Notes: generated by a model from the sequence alone, not told the origin. A DNA stretch of 64,000 nt from the human T2T-CHM13v2.0 reference genome, Homo sapiens (GCF_009914755.1 NC_060936.1); one strand, 5' to 3'. Shown: positions 1-17,422, numbered from the stretch's first letter. Numbers and translations are program-made.

Positions 1-207
1 TAGATAAGACCCCTATATAAGAAGAGTTTAAAACAAAGATAGTGTGTTCATCTTCCTGCTTTCTGAGGTTGCCCAACTCTGTAACTGAGTAGCTTTCAGT
101 GAATGATCTCTTCCCACTGCACTCTGTGACTTGTCTTGAATTCCTTCCTGTGCGAGATCCAAGAGCCCTCTCTTGTGGTCTAGATCAAAACCCCTTTTCT
201 GGCAACA
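1..207 (+). mobile_element. 3' part of an ERV1 solo LTR, MER41-like
   Basis: ends ...gagatccaagagccctctcttgtggtctagatcaaaaccccttttctggcaaca, resembling the MER41-family 3' terminus. Confidence 0.65.
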
Positions 208-448
208 AACTGATCTTTGGCAAGTGAGCAAAGTCAATTCAGTGGAGAACAGTGTCTTCAATAAATGATCCTGGAACAACTGGATATCCACATGCCAAAA
301 AATGAATCTAGGGGGTCTGGATCAAAACCCCTTTTCTGGCAACAAACTGATCTTCGGCAAGTGAGCAAAGTCAATTCAGTGGAGAACAGTGTCTTCAATA
401 AATGGTCCTGGAACAACTGGATATCCACATGCCAAAAAATGAATCTAG
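177..448 (+). repeat. Tandem duplication, two ~135-bp copies, period 137
   Basis: 177-311 vs 314-448 are near identical (3 substitutions seen). Confidence 0.95.
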
Positions 449-530
449 ACACAGACTGTACGCCCTTCACAAAAATTAACTCAAAATGGATCACCTACCT
501 AAATGTAAAATGCAGTATTATGAAACTCCT

Positions 531-1106
<576 letters not shown>

Positions 1107-1109
1107 TTA

Positions 1110-1442
<333 letters not shown>

Positions 1443-1821
1443 TGATCTTAAAAATGGGCCAAAGACCTTAACAGACACCTCACCAAAGAAGACATACAGA
1501 TGGCAAATAAACATATGAAAATATGCTCCACATCATATGTAATCAGGGGAATGCAAATTAAAGCAACAATAAGATACCCTACATGCCTTTTAGGAAGGCT
1601 AAAATCTAGAACACCGACAACACCAAATGCCGGTAAGGATGTGGAGCAATGAAGTCTCTCATTGATTGCTGGTGGGAATGCAAAATAGTACAGCCACTTT
1701 GGAAGACAGGTGGTTTTTTACAAAATTAAACATATTCTTACCATAACATTCACCCCTTGTGCTCCTTGGTATTTACCCAAAGGAATTGAAAACTTATGTC
1801 CATATAAAAACCTGCACATCG

Positions 1822-2184
<363 letters not shown>

Positions 2185-2996
2185 TCATAATTGCCAAAAC
2201 TTGTAAGCAACCAAGATGTCATTCAGCATGTGCGTGGATAAATAAACTGTAATGCATCCAGACAATGGGATATTATTCAGTGCTAAAAAGAAATGAGCTA
2301 TCAAGCCATGAAAAGACATGGAGGAAACTTAGATGCATATTGCTAAGTGAAAGAAGCCAATCTGAAAAGGCTTCCTACTATATGATTCCAACTATGACAT
2401 TTTGGAAAAGGCATGACTATGGAGACAGTAAAAATATCAGTGGTTAACAGAGATTAAGCGGGAAAGGAGGGATGAATAAGTGGAGCACGGAGGATTTTTA
2501 GGATAGTGAATCTACTCTCTGATATTTTCACAGTGGATAGACATTATATACATTTGTCCAAACTCATGGAATGGATGACACCAACAGTGAACCCTAAACT
2601 ATGGACTTTGGGTGATAATGATGTGTCAATGTAGGTTCATCACAACAAAGGTACCATTCTAGTGGAGATGTTGATAATGCGGAGGGCTGTGCATGTTTGG
2701 GGGCACAGGGTATATATGGGAAATCTCAGAATCTTCTGCTCAATTCTGTTGTGAACTTAAAATTGCTCTATGAAGTAAAGTATCTAAAAAAAATATGTAA
2801 AGGGCTGCAATCAATGCTTGGTACATAGGAAGCAATACTTTTAACTGTAATTACATTTATTATTAATAATTGGACATTAACAATAAGGCACATTGGAAAG
2901 GCTTTAGCATAAGGTAAGTTTTAAAGGATTGCTTGCAAATTAATTGGGGTTTCCTGCAGACTTTGACAATGTCGTTTTATTTTATGATTTTTACAG

Positions 2997-3102
2997 TGCC
3001 ACTTCTTTGTTTAATATCTGGACTAAATACGCCCCCAGGCTGCCAGCAGACTATTACAACGAAAAGCTTCTGAAGGTTGGAGATAGCCTTTGTCAAATGA
3101 AA
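2997..3102 (+). CDS. CFAP54: CFAP54 exon ~2 (106 nt): ATSLFNIWTKYAPRLPADYYNEKLLKVGDSLCQMK
   Basis: ttttacag|T GCC ACT ... ATG AAA|gtaagt. Confidence 0.93.
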
Positions 3103-4438
3103 GTAAGTGCCTCTGCAGGAAAGAGCCAAAAAGAAGTTCATTTGGCTAATTATTATTACAGTATTTAGTCTGATACCCTTCCTATTTTACATGTTTTGAT
3201 TTTTCTCTTAGAAAAAAATAAATGAGTACATAAAAATTTTAATAAGGCACAGTAACCAAAAAAGTGTTGCTTTTTAATTTTGTAGTTGAGATTTCCCAGA
3301 GGTGAGACATTCCTGAACAGCCAGGCAGCTGGCTGTGGATGGGCAGGAGGGTGGCCGGGTTAACAGAGGGTGTGGTAGGCACACAACAGGAAATGCTGAA
3401 TCATCGTGTTCCTACCTTATACAAAGGAGCCCAGACACCACTTCCTGTTGTTTTTCATATGGCTGGCCTTGCCCAGTGGTCAACCTTCAGGGCTCTTGGC
3501 CTTGCAGCTCTGTTGCTTGCTTCAGTGCCCTGTTTATTAAACTCTTTCAACTCTTTCTTAATGTTTTGCTGTATGTAATTATAACAGTCATTCCATACAT
3601 ACCCTGTTTCTTGCTCAGTATTGTATTCCAGAATGAGTTTGTGTCCTTCTTTTAGTTCTACCTGAATGTCTAGGGCTTGGAATGCTGTGGACCGGTGGAC
3701 TTGGTTTGCTGAGACCACAGCATGGCTGGGTTTTCCATTAATGATCATGTGAGTTTCCCCCTTAAACTCTGGCCTAGGTCCAGATTATTCTAAGTTATGT
3801 GAACGTCAGACAATGGGATCTTAGGCCAGCCGTGGGCAGTGTTCAGTGTTTTCTCAATCTTCAGTTTCTCAACTTCATTTTTCCCCTCTCTGTTTTCTGG
3901 ACTTTAATCCTCTTGGTCTGGGAGACAAATTTACCAAATAGAGGATATGAGTGGTGGAACTTCATAATGAAGAACTAAGATCTATTTTCTTCTGCCAAAA
4001 CTAGAGAATAACCATAGTTCCACATAAATGGACCATGGGTCTTAGAAACTTGAAAATACAGGGCTTGGTAAGCTACAGAAAAGAAACCTGGGTGAGATTC
4101 AACTTGGAAGCTTTATTCATGTAAGTGGAATAAGAGTTTTGACAAGAATTACAAGATAGCCCCCTTTCCATCCTTACACTTTTCAGTATAAGAAGCTGGT
4201 AATACAAATAAAAAGCACAGTGTAGGGTTGTTTGAGAAATGTCTGTGTGGGTGGAGTGGATATTAGTGGAGGGAGGAGAGAGGTGTATGTTAGAAGCTGA
4301 TAAAGCAAGTTAAAGATGGCTGGTAGCTAAGGATTCAGAATGTTTTAGATAGAAAGGCCTAGATAGGATATTTTAATATTTAATTAAAGGAACAAAGAAA
4401 AAGTTTTATCTACTTTTCACTGAAGGGAATGTTGGCCA

Positions 4439-4584
4439 GGCTGGGCATGGTGGCTCACACCTGTAATCCCAGAACTTTGGTAGGCTGAGGAGGGCAGATT
4501 GCTTGCTTGAGCCCAGGAGTTTGAGACAAGCCTGGGTAACATGGCGAAACACTGTCCCTAAAAAAAAAAAAAAAAAAAAAAAAA
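4439..4584 (+). mobile_element. Alu left monomer (FLAM-like)
   Basis: single arm plus poly-A. Confidence 0.85.
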
Positions 4585-5120
4585 GGTATTTATAATTCTG
4601 AAAATGAACTTGTTACTTTGGTTTCTAGGCTCTATTTTTATTTTAGTTGTAGTAAAGATCATCTTGTGGAAAATTTTTTTTAAACCTAGATTTGAATTTA
4701 TTATATGACTCAAGTTAGAGCAGAAAAGATTCAGGATTAGTGAGCAAAAACAAATCTTTAATAGAAATTTAAACAAAACAGTGTTTGACTGAAGATGCCT
4801 CCCAAGGGGCTAGGTAACTGGACAGCCAGTTCAACCTTGGGCAGTTGCTTTTCCTGGGGATGAAGTTGTGGGGGAGGGAGCTGAGGAAGGGTTGCAAGTG
4901 ACTCATTTTGAAAGCACTGCTTATGTCCCCTGCCCTGAAACCCTCCAGGTAACTGAGCCCTGTGGGTTACAGAAATGGGGCATCTGATTCTGTAATGGGA
5001 ACATAAGCATGAATTTGAATGAATAAAAATCCCACTGCTCAGATGCTTTTTATTTGTCCTGATGCAGCTTTAGAGTGTTGACAGATGAAAGAGAGGCAAG
5101 TAGCTCACCTCACTCTGCAG

Positions 5121-5658
5121 TTTTTTCTTTTATTTTCTCTTCTTTGGTTCCCTCTTTCTTCCTCTCTTCCTTCCTCTCTCCCTCCCTCTCCCTTCCTTTC
5201 CTTCCTCTCTCCCTCCCTTCCTTTCTCTCTCTCTCTTTCTTTCTTTCTCTCTTTCTTTCTTTCTCTCTCTCTCCTTCCTTCCTTCTTTCTCGCTTTCTCT
5301 CTCTCCTCTTTCTTTCTTTCCCTCCCTCCCTTTATTTTTTCCTTCCTCCTTCCCTCCCTTTCTTTCTCTTTCTTCCTTTCCTTTCCTTTTTTTTCCTTCC
5401 TTTCTTTCTCTCTCTCTTTCACTTCCTTTCTTCCCCCTTCCTTTCCTTTCCCCTTCTCTTCCCTTTTCTTTTCCTTTCCTTTCCCTTCCCCTTCTTTCCC
5501 TTCCTTCCTTCCTGCCTTCCTCCCTCCCTCTCTCCCTTCCCTCCTTCCTTCCTTTCCCTTCCTCCCTTCCTCTCTCCCTCCCTCCCTCCCTCCCTTCCTT
5601 CTTTCCTTCCTTCCTTTGTTTCTCTCTCGCTCGCTCGCTCTTCGTTTCTTTTCTTTTT
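5121..5658. repeat. ~540-bp CT-rich polypyrimidine low-complexity tract
   Basis: mixed (CT)n/(CCTT)n/(CTTT)n with almost no purines on the + strand. Confidence 0.97.
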
Positions 5659-6050
5659 CGAGCCTATGAGGTATCAGAGAAGCAAGACTACTCATCCACC
5701 TCTCTAGGTATGTGGGTTACCATGATCTGATGATGCTGAATTTTGGAACCTGGGTTTTGAGTATTTGTAGGTATTACCATGCACAGTGCCATAGTAAATA
5801 TTCTCATCCTTGTGGTCATGATGGTCCCATCTCACATAGGCTCATTGTGAGGAGAATTAGATGAAATAATGCACATACATTGTATAGTGCAGTGTCTCTC
5901 ACATACTATGTTTTTGGAAAATGGAGCCAGTAGTAATGGTATAATTGTAATAATCAACCTTGATACTATTAGGAATAATATGAATATTACCTAATAATGA
6001 TAAGCTAAATGATATTTTGGAACTTTAATCAAGTACTCCTTTTGTTTCAG

Positions 6051-6194
6051 GAATACAAACTGGCCCTTTTACAATGCTATGGAAGATATCTTCAGCAGTT
6101 CAATACCAATTTTGATGAGAATAAAGTGGATGTAACTCAATTCAAAGCTACCTTTTTCCCAAAAGGCTTTAAAGATAAAACTGCTGGACTTACA
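6051..6194 (+). CDS. CFAP54: CFAP54 exon ~3 (144 nt): EYKLALLQCYGRYLQQF...KDKTAGLT
   Basis: ttttgtttcag|GAA ... ACA|gtaaga, phase 0-0. Confidence 0.93.
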
Positions 6195-6969
6195 GTAAGA
6201 TGAAAGAGCAGCTGAAATAGCTACAATTTATGATTAGCTATACAATGTATCTTTTAGTTGACAGCTTCTAAATGTCTTGTTGGCTTAGCATAGCATCTAG
6301 CTGTGTGCTATAAGTTGCTTAATAAATACTTTCAGTGCTGGATAAGAAAGTGAACTTATCAAGCTTTGTAAGGATGCTTTGGAGATTAAGTCACTGCAGT
6401 CACTCATTCATGTAGCAGTTGTTATTTAATAACTAATACTTGTAGAGTGCATTTAGTTTATAAAGTGCTTTGGAAAACAAATTTGATAAAGTAATTTTAT
6501 GAGTTACATACTATTATCCCTATTTTACAGAAGAGAAAAATAAAGCTTATCACATAGTATAAAAAAGCGACTCGAGATTAAACATAAATCTATTGATATA
6601 AAATATTTATACTTTATTTCTAGTATACCAGTATTTTGTTAATTACTACCATTGATTCACTGGTTGAGCAGTTTTCATGTGCTGAGTACTCTTCTAAATA
6701 CATTGTATGAATTATCATCTTGCAGCCTCATTAAAGTCCTAAGAGGTGCCTCTTTTACAGGTTAGGAAATGGAAGTTTATTAGCCCACTTAAAGCAATGG
6801 GCAGGGTTGGTGTTTGAACCCTGATCAGTCTGACTCTAAATCTATGTTACTTCAAACTTGAGGACTATTCAAGGGTTTGGGACCCGTATGTGGTTAATAA
6901 GCAGAAACTCTTAAGGCATGTTTGGGAGACAATTGAACAGTTCAATTTGGCTGTACCATAGGTACGTGA

Positions 6970-7516
<547 letters not shown>

Positions 7517-7657
7517 AATTAATTTCTAAAGTAGAAACCTGTCATTTTGTTCCACTACCCATTGACTTTGCCTTTTGGCTAAAGTCCAAATTCCTTGGAA
7601 TACATGGAATGCTCTCTCTCTTTTTCTGAGCCTGGGTCACCCCTATAATAGCCTCAC

Positions 7658-7914
7658 TTTTTTTTTTTTTTTTTTGAGACCGAGGCTCACTCTGTTGCCC
7701 AAGCTGGAGTGCAGTGGTGCAGTCTTGGCTCACTGCAGCCTCCGCCTCCTGGGCCCAAGTGATTCACCTGCCTCAACTTCCTGAGTAGCTGGGATTACAG
7801 GTGCGCACCATCATGCCTGGCTAATTTTTGTATTTTTAGTAGAGATGGGGTTTCTCCATGTTGGCCAGGCTGGTCTCGAACTCCTGACCTCAAGTGATCT
7901 GCCTGCCTTGGCCT
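7658..7914 (-). mobile_element. 5'-truncated Alu
   Basis: antisense Alu lacking its head; flanking gcctcactt repeat. Confidence 0.92.
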
Positions 7915-8213
7915 CACTTCTTTATTTTAAACCATCTCATCCAACCTTACAAAATACTTTCAATTCAGTGACCGCAGCAGTCCCTTCAATGCTGCATGAG
8001 CCTGGATGCATGAGCCTGTAACTGTTTTCCCTCCTCTAAGAGCAGTGTCCGTTTCTTCCTCATCCTAGAGTCTCTGTTGCCTAGCAGAGTGTGGCTAATA
8101 GAGGTGCTCAAGAAACATTTGTTGAGTGAATTGTGTAAATGGTTATAATCACATCTGAATTAATAAATAAGTTAAAATGCCACTGGGGAGCTTACAACAA
8201 TTGATTCAATTCT

Positions 8214-8510
8214 GGCCGGGCGCGGTGGCTCACGCCTGTAATCCTAGCACTTTGGGAGGCCGAGGCAGGCGGATCACGAGGTCAGGAGATCGAGACCATC
8301 CTGGCTAACACGGTGAAACCCCGTCTCTACTAAAAATACAAAAAAGTAACCAGGCGTGGTGGCGGGCACCTGTAGTCCCAGCTACTCAGGAGGCTGAGGC
8401 AGGAGAATGGCGTGAACCCAGGAGGTGGAGCTTGCAGTGAGCCGAGGTCAGCCACTGCACTCCAACCTGGGAGACAGAGCAAGACTCCGTCTCAAAAAAA
8501 AAAAAAAAAA
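8214..8510 (+). mobile_element. AluY
   Basis: Y diagnostics (gagatcgagaccatcctggctaacacgg, gaatggcgtgaaccc, gagcttgcag); TSD attgattcaattct. Confidence 0.93.
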
Positions 8511-8649
8511 ATTGATTCAATTCTGTATTTTTGGTAATAGGATTTGTTTTTCTTTCTGAATTTCTTGTGACTAAGGAAAGCTAGTCTTAACTAGATGGAT
8601 GTTTTAAAGAAACCTATCTTTTTTTTTTTACACTAATCTATTAAATTAA

Positions 8650-9043
<394 letters not shown>

Positions 9044-9084
9044 AGTTATTTCTATTTCTATTTCTATTTTCCCATGTGTTTCAG

Positions 9085-9256
9085 TTTCATGCTTTGAGTG
9101 GCAAAAATATGTGCAACTACCAGCTGGTCTGCGACAGTGATGAAAACCTGAAGAATAAAGAATCTGTGGTCCAGTGTCTGCATATCTTGTCCTCCTTAAG
9201 GCTCATCATGCAAGTGGCTCTGCCACAAGAGCATCTTTGCTGGATTATCTTCAATG
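9085..9256 (+). CDS. CFAP54: CFAP54 exon ~4 (172 nt): [17 protein letters not shown]...EHLCWIIFN(G)
   Basis: tgtttcag|TTT CAT ... AAT G|gtatat. Confidence 0.92.
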
Positions 9257-9675
9257 GTATATGCTGATGTATTTTATTTTCCATTGTGTCTTTCAGAAAG
9301 TTACTTCAATGCTAAGTTTGACAGTAGCTTGAGTACCTTGTGATTTAAAACATACGCATTTCATAATAGGATGAATGTATTTTTTTCAACATTCGTGTGA
9401 CATGTTTGTCCTCGTAAATTGGGATGGATAAAGCATGTCTTTGGGTTTTCACTGGGGAAAGGGTCAGAGACTGTGGGAATAATCACTGTTGGGTGTTCAA
9501 AAAGCAGGGCCGCAGTTAACAAGTAAATATAGATGGAGAAGGGTCAAAGAACCAGTGCGGGTTAGATTGGCTCTAAGCATCACCCATTTACTGGCCCTGT
9601 CCTCAAACAACTTGGCTTTGGGTTTCTACAAAGTGACCTCCTCCTACTTTTATTTTGAGTGAGGACTGCTGAGGA

Positions 9676-9684
9676 ACACACACA

Positions 9685-9724
<40 letters not shown>
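9676..9724. repeat. (CA)n microsatellite
   Basis: direct reading. Confidence 0.97.
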
Positions 9725-9727
<3 letters not shown>

Positions 9728-10258
9728 GTACATTATGTGTATGTCTGAAGAAATGACTCTCAGCTAAAAAATGTAATACTTGCTTTTCTCTATTTTAAAG
9801 TTGCAACTTACTGCATTATTCTCTGGATAATATATTTTTAAAAGGAAAATATTGACAGTGTGTTCGATGTGCATAAGACAGGATCAAATAACTTCAAGGA
9901 AACATATTGGATTTTCCCTCATCCATGGCAACTGAAAGTATATTTTCTAGCCTTTTCCTTTCTCACCCACCCCCAAGTCATGTTTTGACATTTTGATTGA
10001 AATCAGACTTTACATTTGCTGCCAGAGATGAGGCCAACTTTGATGAGATTTTTTCAGTCCAGTGATTATTAAGCTTTTGTGTCTGATCATCCTCCAGAGA
10101 TTCGATGTTACCTGCGCCACCACTGCCATCTCTCACACATCTTGGCAGGGACGGAGAAGGAGCAGCAGTTCCATGTTAGGCCCAGTGGTTGAGCCCTGTG
10201 GTCAGCCCTTGTTTGAGTGGTGGAAATGAGCATGATTCCCTGTCTTTACTCCTTTTAA

Positions 10259-10826
<568 letters not shown>

Positions 10827-11159
10827 TAATACACATGGCATTGTGCTCTAGATTTTATTCTGTTTCCTTTTTTTTTTTCCTGCTGAATATTGTGGGGTTT
10901 TAGAATCTAGCTAAGTTCCTGTATGTAAATCTAATTCATTAATTCTGCCTGCTGAATTATATTGCAGATATCCATACAGGCCTGGCGATGAGCACCTGGT
11001 TTGCCTGACCTCTCTAATTGCACAAATAATTCTGCAATGAATATCCTTACACATGTCCTTTTATAGACCTGTGCGAGAGTTTTCTGGGATCTGTGCCTAG
11101 GAGTGGAATTACTGGGTTCTGGGAGATACACATACTTAGTTTCAGTAACTACTCTTCCT

Positions 11160-11490
11160 GTTTTAATTTATTCTCTAACTTACTGAATGCCTACCATATG
11201 CTAGGCATTGTTCTAGGTGCTAGGGACACAGGAGTGGACAGTAGACAAAAACCACATTCTCATGCTGACTTCCATTGCAGGGAGATGCTAAACAAATCAA
11301 AACTGAATTGTGTCAGATAGTGACGAGGCTATGGAGAAAAGTCAAAGCCAGAAGGGGATAGAGAGAGGAGGGGCTGGGCTGCTGAGATGACAGAGGAACA
11401 AAGACCTGAAGGAGTTTGGATAGTGAAACTTCTGGGTATCTGGTGGAAGGGCATTCCACCTGGGGGATCAGCAAGTGCAAAGACCCTGAA
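11160..11490 (-). mobile_element. L2 3' fragment
   Basis: ttactgaatgcctaccatatgctaggcattgttctaggtgctagggacaca is a typical L2 3' end. Confidence 0.65.
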
Positions 11491-11686
11491 GTTTTGACAG
11501 TTTGGAATTTAAGTAGTCAAAACTATATTTGACTGAAAATGTCAAATGTGCCTTGATAACTTATCAAAATACATTTGACCTTTTCAGTTAGACATTTACT
11601 CTATTTACTTTTAATTGACTGTTATACATACACACTCTTGGTTTCTTCAAATATTTAACCAATCTTGGTTTTTAAATAAAAATTTA

Positions 11687-11983
<297 letters not shown>

Positions 11984-12149
11984 CTAATTGGGTATATGGA
12001 TATTAAGTAATACCTTACTTTTCAACTAAAGTGAACCCAACTAATTTAGACCCTCAACTAGATTATTTTGATGGTGGCCATTTTTAATGAAAAGGACTCA
12101 CAAGACCAGGCAATAAACTCCTATTAGGGACTTGGTTAAAAATGAAACA

Positions 12150-12425
12150 GGCCCGGCATGGTGGCTCACGCCTGTAATCCTAGCACTTTGGGAGGCCCAG
12201 GTGAAAGACCAGCCTGGCCAACGTAGTGAAACCCCATCTCTACTAAGAATACAAAAATTGGCCGGGTGTGGTGGCGTGTGCCTATAATCACAGCTACTTG
12301 GGAGGCTGAGGCAGGAGAATTGCTTGAACCCGGGGAGCAGAGGTTATAGTGAGCCGAGATCATGCCACTTCCCTCCAGCCTGGGCAACAGAGCAAGACTC
12401 CATCTCAAAAAAAAAAAAAAAAAAA
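12150..12425 (+). mobile_element. AluS with left-arm deletion
   Basis: ggaggcccaggtgaaagaccagcc lacks the B-box region. Confidence 0.92.
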
Positions 12426-12842
12426 GAACAAAGAAAATAAACTTCCAGAAATACCCTGAGATCATAAAGATTCAGTCTGTGTTCCATCTGATACCATTTA
12501 CTCTCTGAGTCTGGCTTTTGCAGCAGGAATTTGTGAGCCATGCCAAGATCTTGAACTGTCAAAGGACTTAGTTACAGTCAGAACATTTTAGTGCTGGAAA
12601 GGTGAAAGGCACCTTTTTGAAATACAGAGGGCCCTTGTCATTCTTGAGGGCAGTCTCCTGAGGCCTTCCTCAGTTCCCCAGTTCCCCGTTACTGGCATGT
12701 TTATACAGGCTCCTGGCTTACATCCTCATCACATGTTTTTTGGACAGGCATGTGTTTCCTGTGCATATTTTTACTTGGTGACTATTTTTTTTTCCTGCAA
12801 AGAAACACTTAGACAGTTTTATTTTTAAAGATGAAGAGTAGA

Positions 12843-13142
<300 letters not shown>

Positions 13143-13468
13143 AAAGATGAAGAGTAGAGGTCAACAAAGCCTCGTTGAGATAAGTCTGCTGAGCTTGAGC
13201 TGTTATTAGTCGAGTGGTTTCTTCCCCAGTGGATCTTCAGTGGAATGAATAACTGCAGGTGCTGGGGGTAGTCACATGAATAATGCCAAGTCCCTGAATG
13301 TTAAGGACCAATTGCATTCTCTATGAAATTTAGGGTACTATACATTTAAATTTAAATTTTATTCAATTTTGGGGGTCACTGATTTGTGTAATTGATGTTT
13401 ATTATGCTTATAGTTGTGTTCTAATCAAGTAATAGATGTTTTGGTGCAGTTGCCATTTTCTCACAAAC

Positions 13469-13936
13469 TTTTTATTTATTTATTTTTTTGAGATGGAGAC
13501 TCGCTCTGTCACCCAGGCTGCAGTGCAATGGCGCAATCTTGGCTCACTGCAATCTCTGTCACCTGGGCTTAGGCAATTCTCCTGCCTCAGCCTCCTGAGT
13601 AGCTGGGATTACAGGTGCATACCATCACGCCCAGCTACTTTTGTGTTTTTAGTAGAGATGGGGTTTCTCCACGTTGGCCAGGCTGATCTCGAATTCCTGA
13701 CCTCAGGTGTTTTGCCCCCTTCAGCCTCCCAAAGTGCTGGGATTACAGGTGTGAGACACCACGCCCGGCTGGGATTACAGGTGCACACCATCATGCCCAA
13801 CTAATTTTGTATTTTTAGTAGAGATGGGGTTTCTCCATGTTGGCCAGGCTGGTCTCGAATTCCTGACCTCAGGTGTTTTGCCTGCCTCAGCCTCCCAAAG
13901 TGCTGGGATTATAGGCGTGAGCCACGGCGCCTGGCC
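13469..13936 (-). mobile_element. Alu with internally duplicated left arm (trimeric)
   Basis: 166-bp period repeat, 13602-13767 and 13768-13936. Confidence 0.92.
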
Positions 13937-14419
13937 ATCAGAAACTTAAAAGTTTAAACCTGAACATAGAATTCATAATTGTTGAGTTTTTATGGTTACG
14001 AATATTAGATACTTTATAGAAAATATTTAGACTATCTGTTACAATTACATGCCTTTTTAAAGCATGCTACCATCTTTTGGGTATGTTTATAGATAGATAA
14101 ACTGCTTGTATACAGAGAGAAGTATGGTGATGTTCCCCACTCCTCTCTTCAACCCTCCCTCCAGCCTTCTATCCTCTTTTAATTAATGGTCTGACACAAA
14201 AGCATGTGTCCTTACTTAGGTGTTGGAAATGCTATTTTTTCACTAGAATGCTAGTAGGACACACCTTGATAATAGGAAAAATGTTATATGAGTCTGAGAG
14301 TGAATATAACGTGCCCTGTTATGCATTATGATTTTTAAATTATTATGAGTTTCCTTGTTGAGTATTTTGCCATGCTGATTAAATATGTATTCTGATCTTA
14401 TTTGGAGATAAATCTTTAG

Positions 14420-14751
<332 letters not shown>

Positions 14752-15098
14752 TGGGAACCAGTAATATTTTATATGAATTAATGAAAGCACAGGGTACATA
14801 AATTATGCCACTAGAATTATTCTTTTGTTCATTATACTTCAAAAGTTAAATGGCCTGTAAAATGAGACTAGAAGATTCCTGTGTCAACATATTTAAAATA
14901 CGGCCATGTTAATTATTTTAATGATTTTGTTTACAAGTTACAAGAAAAATTATGATGAGTATAACTCTATATACCATTATCAGACTTCCTCATAAGATCA
15001 CTTGTTTTGGGAACTACAGACTTGAACCACAGAAATTGGAATATAAAATTTCTATCATTTGACTGTAAAACATGTTAACAATCGTTTTCTCCATCCAG

Positions 15099-15157
15099 GT
15101 ACCATTTATATTTACACCATTTGCAGAAAACTGATGGTCATAGGTCAGTCTTCCAAG
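15099..15157 (+). CDS. CFAP54: CFAP54 exon ~5 (59 nt): (G)TIYIYTICRKLMVIGQSSK
   Basis: ttttctccatccag|GT ACC ... AAG|gtatga; restores the frame between flanking exons. Confidence 0.9.
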
Positions 15158-15466
15158 GTATGAAATGTACTGACAAAATATTTTCCCCTCTATTTCCTGT
15201 TTTATTTTTCTTAAGGCTTTCATTACACAGTATATTGAATGTTAAACAAGGAATATTTGGAGAATTATATAATATAAAATTTAGTAAATATATATTATAT
15301 AGCTTTATTATTCTTAGTTTTGCTTTAATAGGGATCATATGTAAAAATATAGATGATTTAATGAAAAGAAAGGAAATTCCTGAAAATGTTAGTATTCTCT
15401 GTCTCTCAGATAGTCATGCTTGTCACGCTTGATAGTAAACATCCATCTGGTTGCTATAGCTTTAGG

Positions 15467-15921
<455 letters not shown>

Positions 15922-17124
15922 CTTTATGTCATGATACGGAGCTTGGATTTCATTCTGCTTGAAGTGCTTCCACTTCTGGCCTGCATGCTAATCGGGTGAA
16001 TGCACACTTAAACTCTAACCCAGTTGCATGACAAAGGCAAGGAGACTTTATTTTATAATAAGATTCTTACTTACCAGTAGTCACTGCTCAGTGTTAGCTT
16101 GAGGAAGTTGCTGACACTTCTATTGACTTCCCTACAATGTTGGTAGCATTTTTGTCCACGGGAGACATATTTATTCCCTGTATTAGTTTTCCAGTTATTG
16201 GAATGTAGGCCAAGAAGGGCGAATATACTCCCGTTGAGACCCTGCTTGAGTTGTTGCTGGCATCTGAAACATGACTACTTTATTCTTTATTCCATACAGA
16301 ACCTTACCCTGAATATTCTAACACTCAGGAGAGATATGTTTTTTCTTATTTCCTCAAAGCATAGCCAAGTATCTTAAAAGTTGACAACATCTGAAAAATA
16401 AAAATGGAAGTAAAGAAATTTGCATGCTCAATGGATAACATTAATTATGTGTTCTCTCTCTGTTTTGCTTCTCAAATTAAAAAACTCTATGACAGACAGT
16501 GACTTGAAGAAGCTCTGTGCCAGCTTTCTGAGTGTGAATTAAATTGAGGGGGGACTCTCCCAGGCCTAATGTAAACTTGGCCCGCAGACTACTGCAATGA
16601 TGCTACATTCAGTTCCAGATGATTTCCTAAAGAGAATTTGCATACTCTGGTTGCGCTTGGTGTAACAACAACAAACATGGCTTCACAGGACCATCATAGT
16701 TTGGTCTGCTGCAGTGCTTGCTGCCAAAGCTTTGAAGGGCAGAAATGTCTGTGCCGACATTTGACTGTTAGTGTTTGTGCTTGTTAACACTGAGAGAATT
16801 TTAAAGTGACAGTCATCTTAAAATAATTTCTTATTCATAACCTTTGTAAGACATTTCTTCTCTGCCTCATATACCTTGAGTTTGTCTCTGATAAAATAAG
16901 GATAGTTGAGTATTTTGCCATGCTGATTAAATAGGTATTCTAATCTTATTAGGAGATAAATCTTCAGTTTTTCAACCATAAGGAAACCATGGGAACCGAT
17001 AATATTTTATATGAATTAATAAAAGCACAGGGTACATAAATTTTGCCACTAAAATTATTCTTTTGTTCATTATATTTCAAAACTTAAATCGCCTGTAAAA
17101 TGACACTAAAATGAGTATAGTTCT

Positions 17125-17422
17125 TTTTTTTTTTTTTTTGAGACTGAGTGTTGCTCTGTTGCCCAGGCTGGGTGCAGTGGCGCCGTCTTAGCTCACTGCA
17201 AGCTCTGCCTCCTGGGTTCAAGTGATTCTCCTGCCACAGCCCCCTGAGTAGCTGGGATTACAGGCACCCACCACCATGCCAGGCTAATTTTTTATATTTT
17301 TAGTAGAGATGGGGTTTCATCATATTGGCTAGGCTGGTCTCGAACTCCTGACCTCCAGTGATCTTCCCGCCTCAAGCCTTCCAAAATGCTGGGATTACAG
17401 GCGTGAGCCACGGTGCCTGGCC
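17125..17422 (-). mobile_element. AluS
   Basis: TSD aaaatgagtatagttct. Confidence 0.95.

Noticed and set aside
5075-5707. Long ORFs of 194-210 aa on both strands
   Set aside because: Translations of the CT-rich tract, which lacks stop codons; the S/L/F/P or K/E/R/G composition is an artefact.
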